Shown: positions 48,571 to 57,596 of the stretch, piece by piece
Position numbering within the stretch: the first letter of the stretch is position 1
How the letters are laid out: each line of letters opens with the position of its first letter
Origin: SAR86 cluster bacterium
Lineage (GTDB): Bacteria; Pseudomonadota; Gammaproteobacteria; Magnimaribacterales; D2472
DNA: 57,596 bases
NCBI GenBank assembly: GCA_003331645.1
Contig: QOPI01000004.1
Span: forward strand, 1 to 57,596
Direction of reading: 5' to 3'
Program-made: the position numbers and the translations under genes
Notes under the pieces: generated by a model
Seen by the model: only the letters and a program-made list of their open reading frames with translations
Told to the model about the DNA's origin: nothing
The model's database searches: none

Positions 48571-50037
48571 ATGATCACTAAAGAAGAGTATATAAAGTAT
48601 GCTGATTCAGCTTATTCAATCATTCCTTTAACAAGGGAGATTGATAATGCTGGAGATACTCCCATTTCTTTATATTCAAAAATCTCAGATCAACAAAATA
48701 CTTTTTTGCTCGAATCTGTTGAGGGTGGCAATAGATGGGCTCAGTTTTCTATTATTGGATTTGACTGCCAAGATTATATAAAGGTTTCAGGAAATCAGAT
48801 TGAAACTTGTTTAGATGGTGTTTCAAAATCATTTCATTCAGATGATCCATTGAGCAGCATTCAGAAGATTACTTCTCAAGATAAAGCTCCTCAGCTGGAG
48901 GGAATGCCAAGATTTTATGGAGGCTATGTAGGATTCTTTGCTTATGAAAGTGCTCAATATGCAGAAACTAAAATAGCGAAGCTAGCTTCTAAGAATTCTA
49001 AGTTTAAAGATCATATGCCAGAGATTTATTTAATTAAGGCAGAAAAATTAATCATTTTTGATAATTTTGCCAGCACAACTAAGATTATTTTTAATGCAAA
49101 CTCAAAAAAATTCTCATATACAGAATCCCAAAAAGAATTAGATAAAATTGAGAAATTAATTAAGCATCCAATAACCATCACCAATGATAACTTTAAAAAA
49201 CCTACTGGAAGTCTTGAGTTTAAATCAAACTTTACAAAAGCAGAATATCTCGATGCAGTTAATACGATTAAAAATTATATTAAAGAGGGTGATGTTATGC
49301 AGGTGGTTCTTGCACAAGATTATTCTTCAAACTTTCATGGGGATCCCTTTATTTTGTATAGAGCAATTCGAAAACTAAACCCTTCTCCATACATGTATTT
49401 CTTAGATTTTGAAGGGTTTCAGGTAGTAGGATCATCACCAGAGATCCTTATTCGATTAGAGGATGAAAATTTAACTTTAAGGCCTCTTGCAGGAACTAGG
49501 AAAAGAGGCAAAAACCCAGAAGAAGATAACATTAATGAACAAGATTTATTAAATGATCCCAAGGAAATAGCTGAACATTTAATGCTAATTGATTTAGGCA
49601 GAAATGATGTTGGTAAAGTTTCAAAAATTGGTTCAGTAAAGGTAACCGATAAGATGATTATTGAGAAATATTCTCATGTAATGCATATCGTCTCAAATGT
49701 AATTGGCAGTATTGATGATGATCTTAATTATATTGATGCACTTAAAGCATCTTTACCAGCTGGGACTTTATCTGGAGCACCAAAAATAAGGGCTATGGAG
49801 ATTATTCATGAACTTGAGCCAAGTTCTAGAGGTATCTATGGTGGCGCTATTGGGTATATTTCTTGGAATGGCAATATTGATACAGCTATAGCAATAAGAA
49901 CTGCAGTTATTAAAGACAATATTATTCATGTCGGAGCAGGAGCTGGAATAGTTGCAGACTCTGTGCCAGAAAATGAATGGCTAGAGTGCAAACAAAAATC
50001 TAAGGCATTTATTGACGCTATGGAGATGATCTTATGA
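48571..50037 (+). CDS. trpE: Anthranilate synthase component I
   Basis: LLESVEGG, NPSPYM, GSSPEIL, AGTRKRG, EHLMLIDLGRND, PAGTLSGAPK. Confidence 0.96.
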   Translation: MITKEEYIKYADSAYSIIPLTREIDNAGDTPISLYSKISDQQNTFLLESVEGGNRWAQFSIIGFDCQDYIKVSGNQIETCLDGVSKSFHSDDPLSSIQKITSQDKAPQLEGMPRFYGGYVGFFAYESAQYAETKIAKLASKNSKFKDHMPEIYLIKAEKLIIFDNFASTTKIIFNANSKKFSYTESQKELDKIEKLIKHPITITNDNFKKPTGSLEFKSNFTKAEYLDAVNTIKNYIKEGDVMQVVLAQDYSSNFHGDPFILYRAIRKLNPSPYMYFLDFEGFQVVGSSPEILIRLEDENLTLRPLAGTRKRGKNPEEDNINEQDLLNDPKEIAEHLMLIDLGRNDVGKVSKIGSVKVTDKMIIEKYSHVMHIVSNVIGSIDDDLNYIDALKASLPAGTLSGAPKIRAMEIIHELEPSSRGIYGGAIGYISWNGNIDTAIAIRTAVIKDNIIHVGAGAGIVADSVPENEWLECKQKSKAFIDAMEMIL

Positions 50038-50597
50038 TTTTAGTTATAGATAACTATGATTCTTTTACCTACAACTTAGTTCATTATATTGGAGAGCTTG
50101 GTAATGAGGTTATTGTAAAAAGAAATGATGAAGTAAGCCTTGAAGATATAGCTGCACTTAATCCTAATAAAATTGTAATTTCTCCAGGACCTTGCACCCC
50201 AAAAGAAGCTGGCATCTCAATTGACTTAATAAAAGCTTCATCAGTTCCAATACTAGGAGTTTGTTTAGGACACCAGTCTATAGGAGCAGCATTTGGTGGC
50301 ACGATTATAAAAGCTCCAGAAATATTTCATGGAAAACTCTCAGAAATTACTCATAACAATAAAGGCCTATTTAAAGGTATCGATAATCCTTATTCAGTAG
50401 TTAGATATCACAGCTTAATTATTGAGAAAAACTCTTTACCAGATGAATTACAAATAACCTCAGTACTCAAAGATAATCCTGACATTATCATGGCAGTCCA
50501 GCACAAAGAGAGACCAATTTACGGAGTACAATTCCATCCTGAATCTATAGAGACAGATTTCGGAAAAAAACTCATTCAAAATTTCTTAACATTATGA
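50034..50597 (+). CDS. trpG: Anthranilate synthase component II
   Basis: IDNYDSFTYNL, SPGPC, GVCLGHQ, RYHSL, QFHPES. Confidence 0.95.
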   Translation: MILVIDNYDSFTYNLVHYIGELGNEVIVKRNDEVSLEDIAALNPNKIVISPGPCTPKEAGISIDLIKASSVPILGVCLGHQSIGAAFGGTIIKAPEIFHGKLSEITHNNKGLFKGIDNPYSVVRYHSLIIEKNSLPDELQITSVLKDNPDIIMAVQHKERPIYGVQFHPESIETDFGKKLIQNFLTL

Positions 50598-51604
50598 TTG
50601 ACAATATTCTAAAAAAATTAGAAGCCAAGAAACACTTACAATCTGAAGAGATGCAGTTTGCAGTTGAAAGCATAATGACCGGTGTGGTTGATGATAGCGA
50701 TATTGAGAAATTTCTTTTAGCTTTAAATGAAAAGGGTATTAAAGAAGTAGAAATAACTGCTGCTGCACAAGTTATGAAAGAAAAATCTTTAAGATTTAAT
50801 TTAGGAGATGGGAGTCATATTGATACTTGCGGGACGGGCGGCACAGGCCTTCATACATTTAATTGTTCTACCGCATCATCCTTTGTTGCTGCAGCTGGGG
50901 GTGCTCAAATTACTAAACATGGCAACAAGGCTATCTCTAGCAAGTCAGGCAGCGCAGACTTTTTAACAGCTGCAGGTGCTGATATTGGGCATGACAGAGA
51001 AAAACTTGAAAAAGTTTTTGCAAAGGTTGGATTTGTATTCTTATTTGCGCCTTTACATCATCAATCTATGAAATATGTCATGCCAGCACGACAACGTATA
51101 GGTCAAAAAACTATTTTTAACTTATTAGGTCCTCATACGAATCCTTGCGGAGCTAAAAGACAGGTTCTAGGTGTTTATGATAAAAAACTACTTGAGACCT
51201 TTTCAGAAGTGTCAAAAAATTTACATATGGAGCATGTCTTAATTGTTCATGGAGATGATGGCCTGGATGAAATAACTATTACGGGCTCAACCACAATTTC
51301 TGAACTTAAGAACTATAAAATTAATCAGTACAAAATATCACCAAAAGATTTTGGGCTTTCAACCGCAGACTTCAGTGAGATATCTGCTCAAACTCCTGAA
51401 GAAAGTTTGCTTTTAGTCCGTGAGGCCTTTGCTGGAAAACAATCAGCAATTCAGGACATGATTGCTTTAAATGCAGGGGCTGGCCTTTATGTTGCAAGAA
51501 AAACTGAGTCTATTGCTGATGGAGTAGAGCTAGCTTTTGATTTAATGAATAGTGGCAAAGCAGCTGACAAACTAGCAGCCTATGTAAGAGTATCAAGTAG
51601 CTAA
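50594..51604 (+). CDS. trpD: Anthranilate phosphoribosyltransferase
   Basis: DTCGTGG, KHGN..SSKSGSAD, TIFNLLGP, DGLDEI. Confidence 0.96.
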   Translation: MIDNILKKLEAKKHLQSEEMQFAVESIMTGVVDDSDIEKFLLALNEKGIKEVEITAAAQVMKEKSLRFNLGDGSHIDTCGTGGTGLHTFNCSTASSFVAAAGGAQITKHGNKAISSKSGSADFLTAAGADIGHDREKLEKVFAKVGFVFLFAPLHHQSMKYVMPARQRIGQKTIFNLLGPHTNPCGAKRQVLGVYDKKLLETFSEVSKNLHMEHVLIVHGDDGLDEITITGSTTISELKNYKINQYKISPKDFGLSTADFSEISAQTPEESLLLVREAFAGKQSAIQDMIALNAGAGLYVARKTESIADGVELAFDLMNSGKAADKLAAYVRVSSS

Positions 51605-52350
51605 TGACAATTTTAAATGACATTGTAAAAAATACTAAAGCTAAATTAGTTGAAAAAAAGGCAGCAGTATCTTTAGATGAAATTAAATTACAGCTGAGCA
51701 GATTAGATCTTCCAAAGGGAAAATTTAAGGCGAGTCTTGCTGGAAAAGCAGAGGCCGTTATTGCAGAAATAAAGAAAGCCTCACCAAGTGCAGGGATTAT
51801 TAGCGAGAACTTTGATCCAATCCAAAAAGCTCAAGAATATCAAGAATTTGGAGCTGCAGCCTTATCTATTCTTACAGAAGAAGACTTCTTTTTAGGCAGC
51901 AATCAATACTTAAAAGACGTTAAAGCAATAACATCACTACCTATTTTAAGAAAAGATTTTATGGTTGATGAATATCAAATCTATGAAGCTAAATTAATAG
52001 GAGCAGACTGTATTTTACTCATCGCCAGCATTCTGTCAGATATAGAAATAACTGATTTTGTAGCCTTAGCTGAAGTTCTTGAATTAGATTACTTGATTGA
52101 AGTTCATGATGCAGAAGAGCTTCAAAGGGTTGAGCATTTTAATAATGCATTAATAGGAGTTAATAATAGAAACCTCAAAACATTTGAAGTTGATATTAAT
52201 AATTCGGTCAATTTAAAAAATTCTTTCTCGGGTGATAATATTTTTATCGCTGAATCTGGCATTAAAAATAAAGAGGATATGAACTATTTAAAAGAAAAAG
52301 GCATTAGTGCCTTTTTAATTGGTGAGAGTCTTATGAGGGGAAGCTTCTAA
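51604..52350 (+). CDS. trpC: Indole-3-glycerol-phosphate synthase
   Basis: IAEIKKASPS, LRKDF, GVNNRNL, AESGI, LIGESLM. Confidence 0.96.
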   Translation: MTILNDIVKNTKAKLVEKKAAVSLDEIKLQLSRLDLPKGKFKASLAGKAEAVIAEIKKASPSAGIISENFDPIQKAQEYQEFGAAALSILTEEDFFLGSNQYLKDVKAITSLPILRKDFMVDEYQIYEAKLIGADCILLIASILSDIEITDFVALAEVLELDYLIEVHDAEELQRVEHFNNALIGVNNRNLKTFEVDINNSVNLKNSFSGDNIFIAESGIKNKEDMNYLKEKGISAFLIGESLMRGSF

Positions 52351-52982
52351 ATATAAGCGCTCGTTGATGTCATAACTTTTGCTGTGGCTGACATTATTTT
52401 TTTTGTCGGAATTTTAAGCTCCTCACCACCATTATCAACGGCTTGTTGTGCATGAAGGTCTTCATCTTCACGCATTGTTTTTAGAATTTCAATTGTCTCT
52501 TTGTCTTTAGGCGAAATTTTATCTAAGTGCTTATCTATATGTGCTACTACTTGTTTTTCAGTTTCTTCCACAAAACCTAAACTAACTTTTTCACCAAAAT
52601 TACCAAAAACAGCACCTATAGCAAAAGATCCTGCATACCATATTGGATTTAGAATTGAACCTCTTCCTTCTAATTCATCTAAACGTTTTTTACACCAAAC
52701 TAGATGATCTGTTTCTTCTTCTCCAGCTTCAATGAGATGTTTTTTTATTTCAGGATCCTTGCATACTAATGCCTGACCTCGATAGAGAGCCTGAGCTGCA
52801 ACTTCACCTGCTAAATTTACTCGCATCATTTGAATAGACAATTTTTTTTCTTGCTGAGTGAGTTCTTCTGAATTCTTTTGAGAAGGCTCAGGCGGATAAG
52901 TTCTGCCAGTCCCAGATTTCTTATTTGATAATGTTTTTAGCGCAATATCAAATTCATTAATAATATTATCTATGATGCTCAT
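52347..52982 (-). CDS. coq7: Demethoxyubiquinone hydroxylase (di-iron)
   Basis: MRVN..GEVAAQALY.GQ, EETDHL.WC, ETEKQV..H, DEDLH. Confidence 0.93.
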   Translation of the reverse strand: MSIIDNIINEFDIALKTLSNKKSGTGRTYPPEPSQKNSEELTQQEKKLSIQMMRVNLAGEVAAQALYRGQALVCKDPEIKKHLIEAGEEETDHLVWCKKRLDELEGRGSILNPIWYAGSFAIGAVFGNFGEKVSLGFVEETEKQVVAHIDKHLDKISPKDKETIEILKTMREDEDLHAQQAVDNGGEELKIPTKKIMSATAKVMTSTSAYI

Positions 52983-54247
52983 TTAATCCCTTTAAAACCA
53001 ATATCTTTTCTAAAAAAAGCTCCTTCAAAAGAAACTGTATCTACTAAATTATAAGCTTTTGCCTGAGCAGCTTTCAAATTATCTCCCAAAGCTGTAGCAC
53101 AGAATACTCTTCCACCAGCAGTCATTATTTGATCTCCATTAAGCTTGGTTCCAGCATGAAATAATTTCATATCTAAATCATCCGAGCTTGTAATGGTAAC
53201 TTTATGACCAGAAGCATAACTTTCCGGATAACCCTCACTAGCTATAACAACTCCACAAGCATGTTTATCAGTCCAATCTATTTCATATGAATCTAATTGA
53301 TTATCAATAGCAGCCAGGCACAATTGCACAAGGCTAGATTTCAATCTAAGCAAGATAGGCTGTGTTTCTGGATCTCCAAACCGACAGTTGAACTCAAGAA
53401 CTTTTAATTCACCTTTACTAATCATTATTCCAGCATAAAGAAAACCTAAATAGGGCGAGCCTTCAGCTATTAAGCCATTCATAGTCGGTTTCATAACTTC
53501 ATTAAGAATTTTTTGATGCATACGCTCATCAACAATAGGCGCAGGAGAATAAGCGCCCATACCTCCAGTATTCAAACCCACATCACCATCGCCAACAGCT
53601 TTATGATCTTGGCTTGTTGCAAGTGAAACTATCTTATCTTTGCTTACTACTGCTATAAAACTTGCTTCCTCACCCTCTAGAAAATCTTCAATAACTACTC
53701 TGCTTCCAGCTTCACCGAAAGCCTGATCTTTAAAAATACTGCCTAATGCTTCAACTGTCTCTTCTTTGTTATTGCAAATAATGACACCTTTTCCAGCAGC
53801 AAGACCATCAGCTTTAACAACTGTAGGATAATCAATATCATTAATGTAATCTTTAGCAGCACTATAATTGTCAAAAGAAGCATAGGCAGCTGTTGGGATT
53901 CCATATTTAATGAAGAAGTCTTTAGAGAAGGTTTTTGAGCCTTCCAATTGAGCAGCAGCTTGAGAGGGACCAAAAGTTTTTATATCTTTACTTTGCAAAT
54001 AGTCAGTTAACCCATTTACTAGAGGTTGCTCAGGACCAATAATTACGAGCCCAATATTTTCTTTTGTACAAAAATTCTCTATAGCTTGAAAATCATTTGC
54101 ATCAATTGAGATATTACTTAATTTTTGTTCTAGGGCTGTGCCTGCATTTCCTGGACATACAAATACTTTGGTAACTGAGTTATCTTGTGCTGATTTCCAT
54201 GCCAAAGCATGCTCTCTGCCGCCTGAACCTATTACTAGTACCTTCAT
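52979..54247 (-). CDS. purD: Phosphoribosylamine-glycine ligase
   Basis: GSGGREHAL, KADGLAAGKGV, NTGGMGAYSP, EFNCRFGDPETQ. Confidence 0.97.
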   Translation of the reverse strand: MKVLVIGSGGREHALAWKSAQDNSVTKVFVCPGNAGTALEQKLSNISIDANDFQAIENFCTKENIGLVIIGPEQPLVNGLTDYLQSKDIKTFGPSQAAAQLEGSKTFSKDFFIKYGIPTAAYASFDNYSAAKDYINDIDYPTVVKADGLAAGKGVIICNNKEETVEALGSIFKDQAFGEAGSRVVIEDFLEGEEASFIAVVSKDKIVSLATSQDHKAVGDGDVGLNTGGMGAYSPAPIVDERMHQKILNEVMKPTMNGLIAEGSPYLGFLYAGIMISKGELKVLEFNCRFGDPETQPILLRLKSSLVQLCLAAIDNQLDSYEIDWTDKHACGVVIASEGYPESYASGHKVTITSSDDLDMKLFHAGTKLNGDQIMTAGGRVFCATALGDNLKAAQAKAYNLVDTVSFEGAFFRKDIGFKGIK

Positions 54248-55788
54248 TAGTGCCTAAAGTGTCTGGTGCTTGTATACATCATAGCTATGTCATTCTCATC
54301 AGCAGCAGCAATAACTTCTTCATCTCTAATAGATCCACCAGGTTGAATAATAGCCGCTATTCCGCTTGATGCAGCTTTGTCAATTCCATCTCTAAATGGA
54401 AAAAACGCATCTGATGCCATTACAGCCCCTTCAACTTCTAAGCCTTCTTCTTTTGCCTTTAGGTTTGCAATATCTGCACTAATTACTCTGCTCATTTGTC
54501 CAGCCCCAATACCAATTGTCTGTTTATTTTTAACATAAACAATTGCATTTGATTTCACAAATTTTGCAACTCTCCATGCAAACATTAGATCATTTATTTC
54601 ACTATCACTTGGCTGCCTTTTAGTAACACACTTCAAATCTTCCTGTGGAATCATAAAAGTATCATCACTTTGAATTAATATCCCACCAGATACTTTTTTA
54701 ATAACCCCAGGATAAGGATCATCTTGAACAAGATCTACTTTAAGGACTCTTATATTTTTTTTCTGTGCAAAAATTTCAAGAGCAGCTTTCTCATAGTCAG
54801 GCGCAATAACAACTTCAACAAACTGTCTGTTATCTATTTCATTAGCTGTTTTAGCATCAAGAGCTTTATTCAAAGCAATAATCCCACCAAAAGCAGAAGT
54901 TGGGTCTGTTTTAAAAGCCAAATCATATGCATTAAAAATAGAGTCAGACTCAGCAACACCACAAGGGTTAGCATGTTTAACAATCACGCATGCAGGCTCA
55001 CTAAATTCTCGAACACATTCCCATGCCGCATCTGCATCAACAATATTATTGTAAGAAAGCTCCTTACCTTGGATAATTTCAGCATTAGCAATATTTTTAT
55101 GTTCTAAATTAGCAAATGTTAAAAGACTTGCAGCCTGATGTGGATTTTCTCCATATCTAAGTGAGCTTTGTTTACTAAAAGAGTAATCTGGTAAATTAGT
55201 TTGGGTTTCTCCAGCAAGGTAATTTGATATGGCAGCATTATAATCAGCCATCAGTGTAAAGACTTTTAATGAAAGCTCCTTTCTAAAATCATAAGAAATA
55301 CCTTCTTTACTTTCCCATTCATCAATCAATCTAGAATAATCTGAAGGATCAGATACAACAGCAACATCTTTAAAGTTTTTTGCAGCAGATCTAATCATAG
55401 TAGGACCGCCTATATCAATTTTTTCAATTGCTTCATCAAAAGAACAACCTGAAGCAATCGTTTCTTTAAATGGGTAAAGATTTACTACTACCAAATCGAT
55501 AGTCTCATAACCACGCTCTGAGAGAACTTCCATATCTTGATCGCGTCTAGCAAGAATACCTGCGTGTATTTTTGGATGTAGTGTTTTTACTCTTCCATCC
55601 ATCATCTCCTCAAATCCAGTAAAGTCAGATACTTCAATAACATTAGTTGTTATCTCTTTAATAGCCTTATAAGTTCCTCCTGTAGAAAGGATTTTTACAT
55701 TTTGCGAAACAAGAAAATTAACTAGAGTATCCAAACCTTCTTTATTAGATAAACTTATTAAAGCTGTTTTTGGTTTCAGCGCATTCAT
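54247..55788 (-). CDS. purH: AICAR transformylase / IMP cyclohydrolase
   Basis: GRVKTLHP, IDIGGP, LRYGENPHQ, KHANPCG, SDAFFPF, RHFRH. Confidence 0.97.
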   Translation of the reverse strand: MNALKPKTALISLSNKEGLDTLVNFLVSQNVKILSTGGTYKAIKEITTNVIEVSDFTGFEEMMDGRVKTLHPKIHAGILARRDQDMEVLSERGYETIDLVVVNLYPFKETIASGCSFDEAIEKIDIGGPTMIRSAAKNFKDVAVVSDPSDYSRLIDEWESKEGISYDFRKELSLKVFTLMADYNAAISNYLAGETQTNLPDYSFSKQSSLRYGENPHQAASLLTFANLEHKNIANAEIIQGKELSYNNIVDADAAWECVREFSEPACVIVKHANPCGVAESDSIFNAYDLAFKTDPTSAFGGIIALNKALDAKTANEIDNRQFVEVVIAPDYEKAALEIFAQKKNIRVLKVDLVQDDPYPGVIKKVSGGILIQSDDTFMIPQEDLKCVTKRQPSDSEINDLMFAWRVAKFVKSNAIVYVKNKQTIGIGAGQMSRVISADIANLKAKEEGLEVEGAVMASDAFFPFRDGIDKAASSGIAAIIQPGGSIRDEEVIAAADENDIAMMYTSTRHFRH

Positions 55789-56051
55789 TTTAAAAGATCG
55801 TATTTTTTTAATTTAGTTCTTAAGGTAGCCCTATTAATTCCTAAAATTCTTGAAGCTTTACTTTGGTTTTGATTAACAAACTTCATAGTTGCTATTAATA
55901 AAGGCGGCTCAATTTCATCAAGAACTAATTTGTATACATCAATTGGCATATTTGATTCAAGCTGACCATAGTATCGTTTCATAGCCTTTCTTACCTCTTC
56001 CTTGAGAGGCTTCTTGGAGTAATTATCGAATGATTTATTTTTTTTTGCCAA
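55785..56051 (-). CDS. fis: DNA-binding protein Fis
   Basis: YKLVLDEIEPPLL, NQSKASRILGINRATLRTKLKKY; upstream of purH. Confidence 0.9.
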   Translation of the reverse strand: MAKKNKSFDNYSKKPLKEEVRKAMKRYYGQLESNMPIDVYKLVLDEIEPPLLIATMKFVNQNQSKASRILGINRATLRTKLKKYDLLK

Positions 56052-56115
56052 ACTTAGTTATTTATCAAACAGAACTCATAAGTTTACAGTTGATTAAAAA
56101 ATGCTCAATAGTAAT

Positions 56116-56679
56116 TTAAAGATTTATTAATGTTTTTTTATTATCTCCAAGGATAATTTCTTTTATTTCATTATCTTTTAGAATTAGTCGAGTAGAAGAG
56201 GTGTAATCAGGATAAAAATGAAGCAGTTTTTGATTATTTAAAATAGAGGAAATAATGGTATTTATGACCATAAAATGACTAAATATTATAGTGTTGCTTT
56301 TAAATAAGAATAATTCCTCCATTATGCTTTTTTTCCAATCCTTCACCATATCAGGCAACATTACTTGCTCTTGCAACATAATCTTTTTTAGCCACTCTTG
56401 CTTTCTCTCATTAGGGATATTATCAGATGGAATTTCAGAAAATGCTTTGCAAGCAATAACATCTTTATTATAAAACTTAGCTAAAGGCTGGGACGTTTCA
56501 AGAGCTCTTCTTTTAGGGCTTGAAATAAAATTATATTTATTGAGATCATCTTTAGCGTAATAATCTATTAAAGCATGAGCTTGATTTTGTCCTTCTTTGC
56601 TTAACCCCGGGTCATTATGCTCTCCCCAAGATGCGCTTGCTTCTCCGTGCCTAACTAAAAGTAAAATATGAATAGTCAT
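56116..56679 (-). CDS. Histidine phosphatase family protein
   Basis: LVRHGE, DPGLS..G..QA, SSPKRRALET, FSHF. Confidence 0.85.
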   Translation of the reverse strand: MTIHILLLVRHGEASASWGEHNDPGLSKEGQNQAHALIDYYAKDDLNKYNFISSPKRRALETSQPLAKFYNKDVIACKAFSEIPSDNIPNERKQEWLKKIMLQEQVMLPDMVKDWKKSIMEELFLFKSNTIIFSHFMVINTIISSILNNQKLLHFYPDYTSSTRLILKDNEIKEIILGDNKKTLINL

Positions 56680-56712
56680 TTATAGAATTTTAATAGTTAT
56701 TATAATGATATT

Positions 56713-57456
56713 GTGAAAACGCATAGAATGTATTTAAAAAATTTAGCAGATACTGCATCAGTGTATGAGCTTGATGCAATGCAATCCTCGCACATTACTA
56801 AAGTTCTGAGGATGAAAGAGGGACAAGAGATCGAGCTATTTAACGGTTCTGGACTCTCTTATAAGGCTAGAATTCTTAGCAGCACAAATAAATACACAAG
56901 AGTAGAGACCCTTTCTGACTCTATGTTAGTTGAGACCTCATCAGAAAGAATTATTGCGGTAGTACCATTTATTAAAAAAGAGAACCTTTTTTTTATGACA
57001 CAAAAATTAACAGAAATGGGTGTCACTGACTTGATGTATTATAGGCCTGATAAATTAGATCAAAGCTTGCTTAAAAAAGATTTATTTAAATTAAATAAGA
57101 AACTTGAAGATGTTGTTATTGGTGGATGTAAACAATCAGGGATAAATTTCTTACCTAGTATTAAGTGTTTTAAAGACCTTGAAACTTGTTTGAATGATAT
57201 TCCTATACAAACTTCTAACAATTTTGTCTGTTTTTTTGATCTTGATGCATCTGCAGGGTTGGCTGAAGTAGATTTTAGTGATGCGAATGAATATATTTTT
57301 ATTACTGGGGCAGAATCTGGTTTTTCTGATAGAGAAAGGTTTAATATGGAAGAGAAAAATATTGCAGTGCGCTCATTAGGAAAAAATATCCTAAGAGCAG
57401 AAACAGCTCCAATTGCTGGCATAACTTTATTTCAATCTCATATAGGTAATATATAA
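56713..57456 (+). CDS. rsmE: 16S rRNA m3U1498 methyltransferase
   Basis: HITKVLR, QKLTEMG, GAESGFS, LG..ILRAETA; upstream of gshB. Confidence 0.92.
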   Translation: MKTHRMYLKNLADTASVYELDAMQSSHITKVLRMKEGQEIELFNGSGLSYKARILSSTNKYTRVETLSDSMLVETSSERIIAVVPFIKKENLFFMTQKLTEMGVTDLMYYRPDKLDQSLLKKDLFKLNKKLEDVVIGGCKQSGINFLPSIKCFKDLETCLNDIPIQTSNNFVCFFDLDASAGLAEVDFSDANEYIFITGAESGFSDRERFNMEEKNIAVRSLGKNILRAETAPIAGITLFQSHIGNI

Positions 57457-57458
57457 AA

Positions 57459-57596
57459 ATGAGCAAAAGAATTTTATTTATAACCGATCCAGTTGAAACA
57501 CTTAGTGTTAAAAAAGATACATCTTTATTTATGATAGAGCATGCTCAAAGCATTGGTATTAGATCCTATCAGTGTGAAATGCTAGATATTTTGTTT
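57459..57596 (+). CDS. gshB: Glutathione synthetase, N-terminal part (runs off the window edge)
   Basis: Manual translation MSKRILFITDPVETLSVKKDTSLFMIEHAQSIG...; DP...KKDTS motif and conserved rsmE-gshB order. Confidence 0.85.
   Translation, partial: MSKRILFITDPVETLSVKKDTSLFMIEHAQSIGIRSYQCEMLDILF

Noticed and set aside
3674-57422. Remaining short ORFs nested in or antisense to longer genes (e.g. 6144-6449, 37371-37676, 54724-55107, 57060-57422)
   Set aside because: All overlap well-supported genes and show no motifs or independent expression signals
1-57596. CRISPR array, tandem repeats, riboswitch, retron or defence system
   Set aside because: Intergenic gaps are almost all under 140 bp, no periodic repeats were seen by eye, and every long ORF fits a known non-defence family; a covariance-model search was not possible

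Overview
An AT-rich (roughly one-third GC by eye), very compact bacterial chromosome segment. Intergenic gaps are minimal and many start and stop codons overlap. Gene content and order are gammaproteobacterial and resemble a streamlined marine lineage such as SAR86 (inference only). About 60 CDSs, mostly housekeeping (ntrBC, ubiCA, recG, yicC-gmk-rpoZ-spoT, rph-pyrE, rpsU, tsaD-folB-folK, lptD-surA-pdxA-rsmA-apaH-cca, amgK-murU-rpe-trpEGDC, coq7, purHD, fis, rsmE-gshB), plus one tRNA-Phe. I found no mobile element, CRISPR array, defence system or biosynthetic cluster, and cannot support a wholly new multi-gene system. Most notable observations: (1) a short type II glutamine synthetase occupies the glnA slot of glnA-ntrBC under a consensus sigma-54 promoter with NtrC-like boxes; (2) a short alphaproteobacterial-like GpmA sits where GpmI often sits; (3) a MerR-type 19-bp-spacer promoter with an NmlR/SoxR-like dyad precedes an MDR oxidoreductase; (4) two synteny gaps (cpdA, crp/vfr) hint at loss of cAMP signalling; (5) a recurring -10 box 6-7 nt before start codons suggests leaderless mRNAs; (6) a probable Na+-pumping pyrophosphatase. 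A rubredoxin and two edge-truncated genes missing from the ORF track were added.
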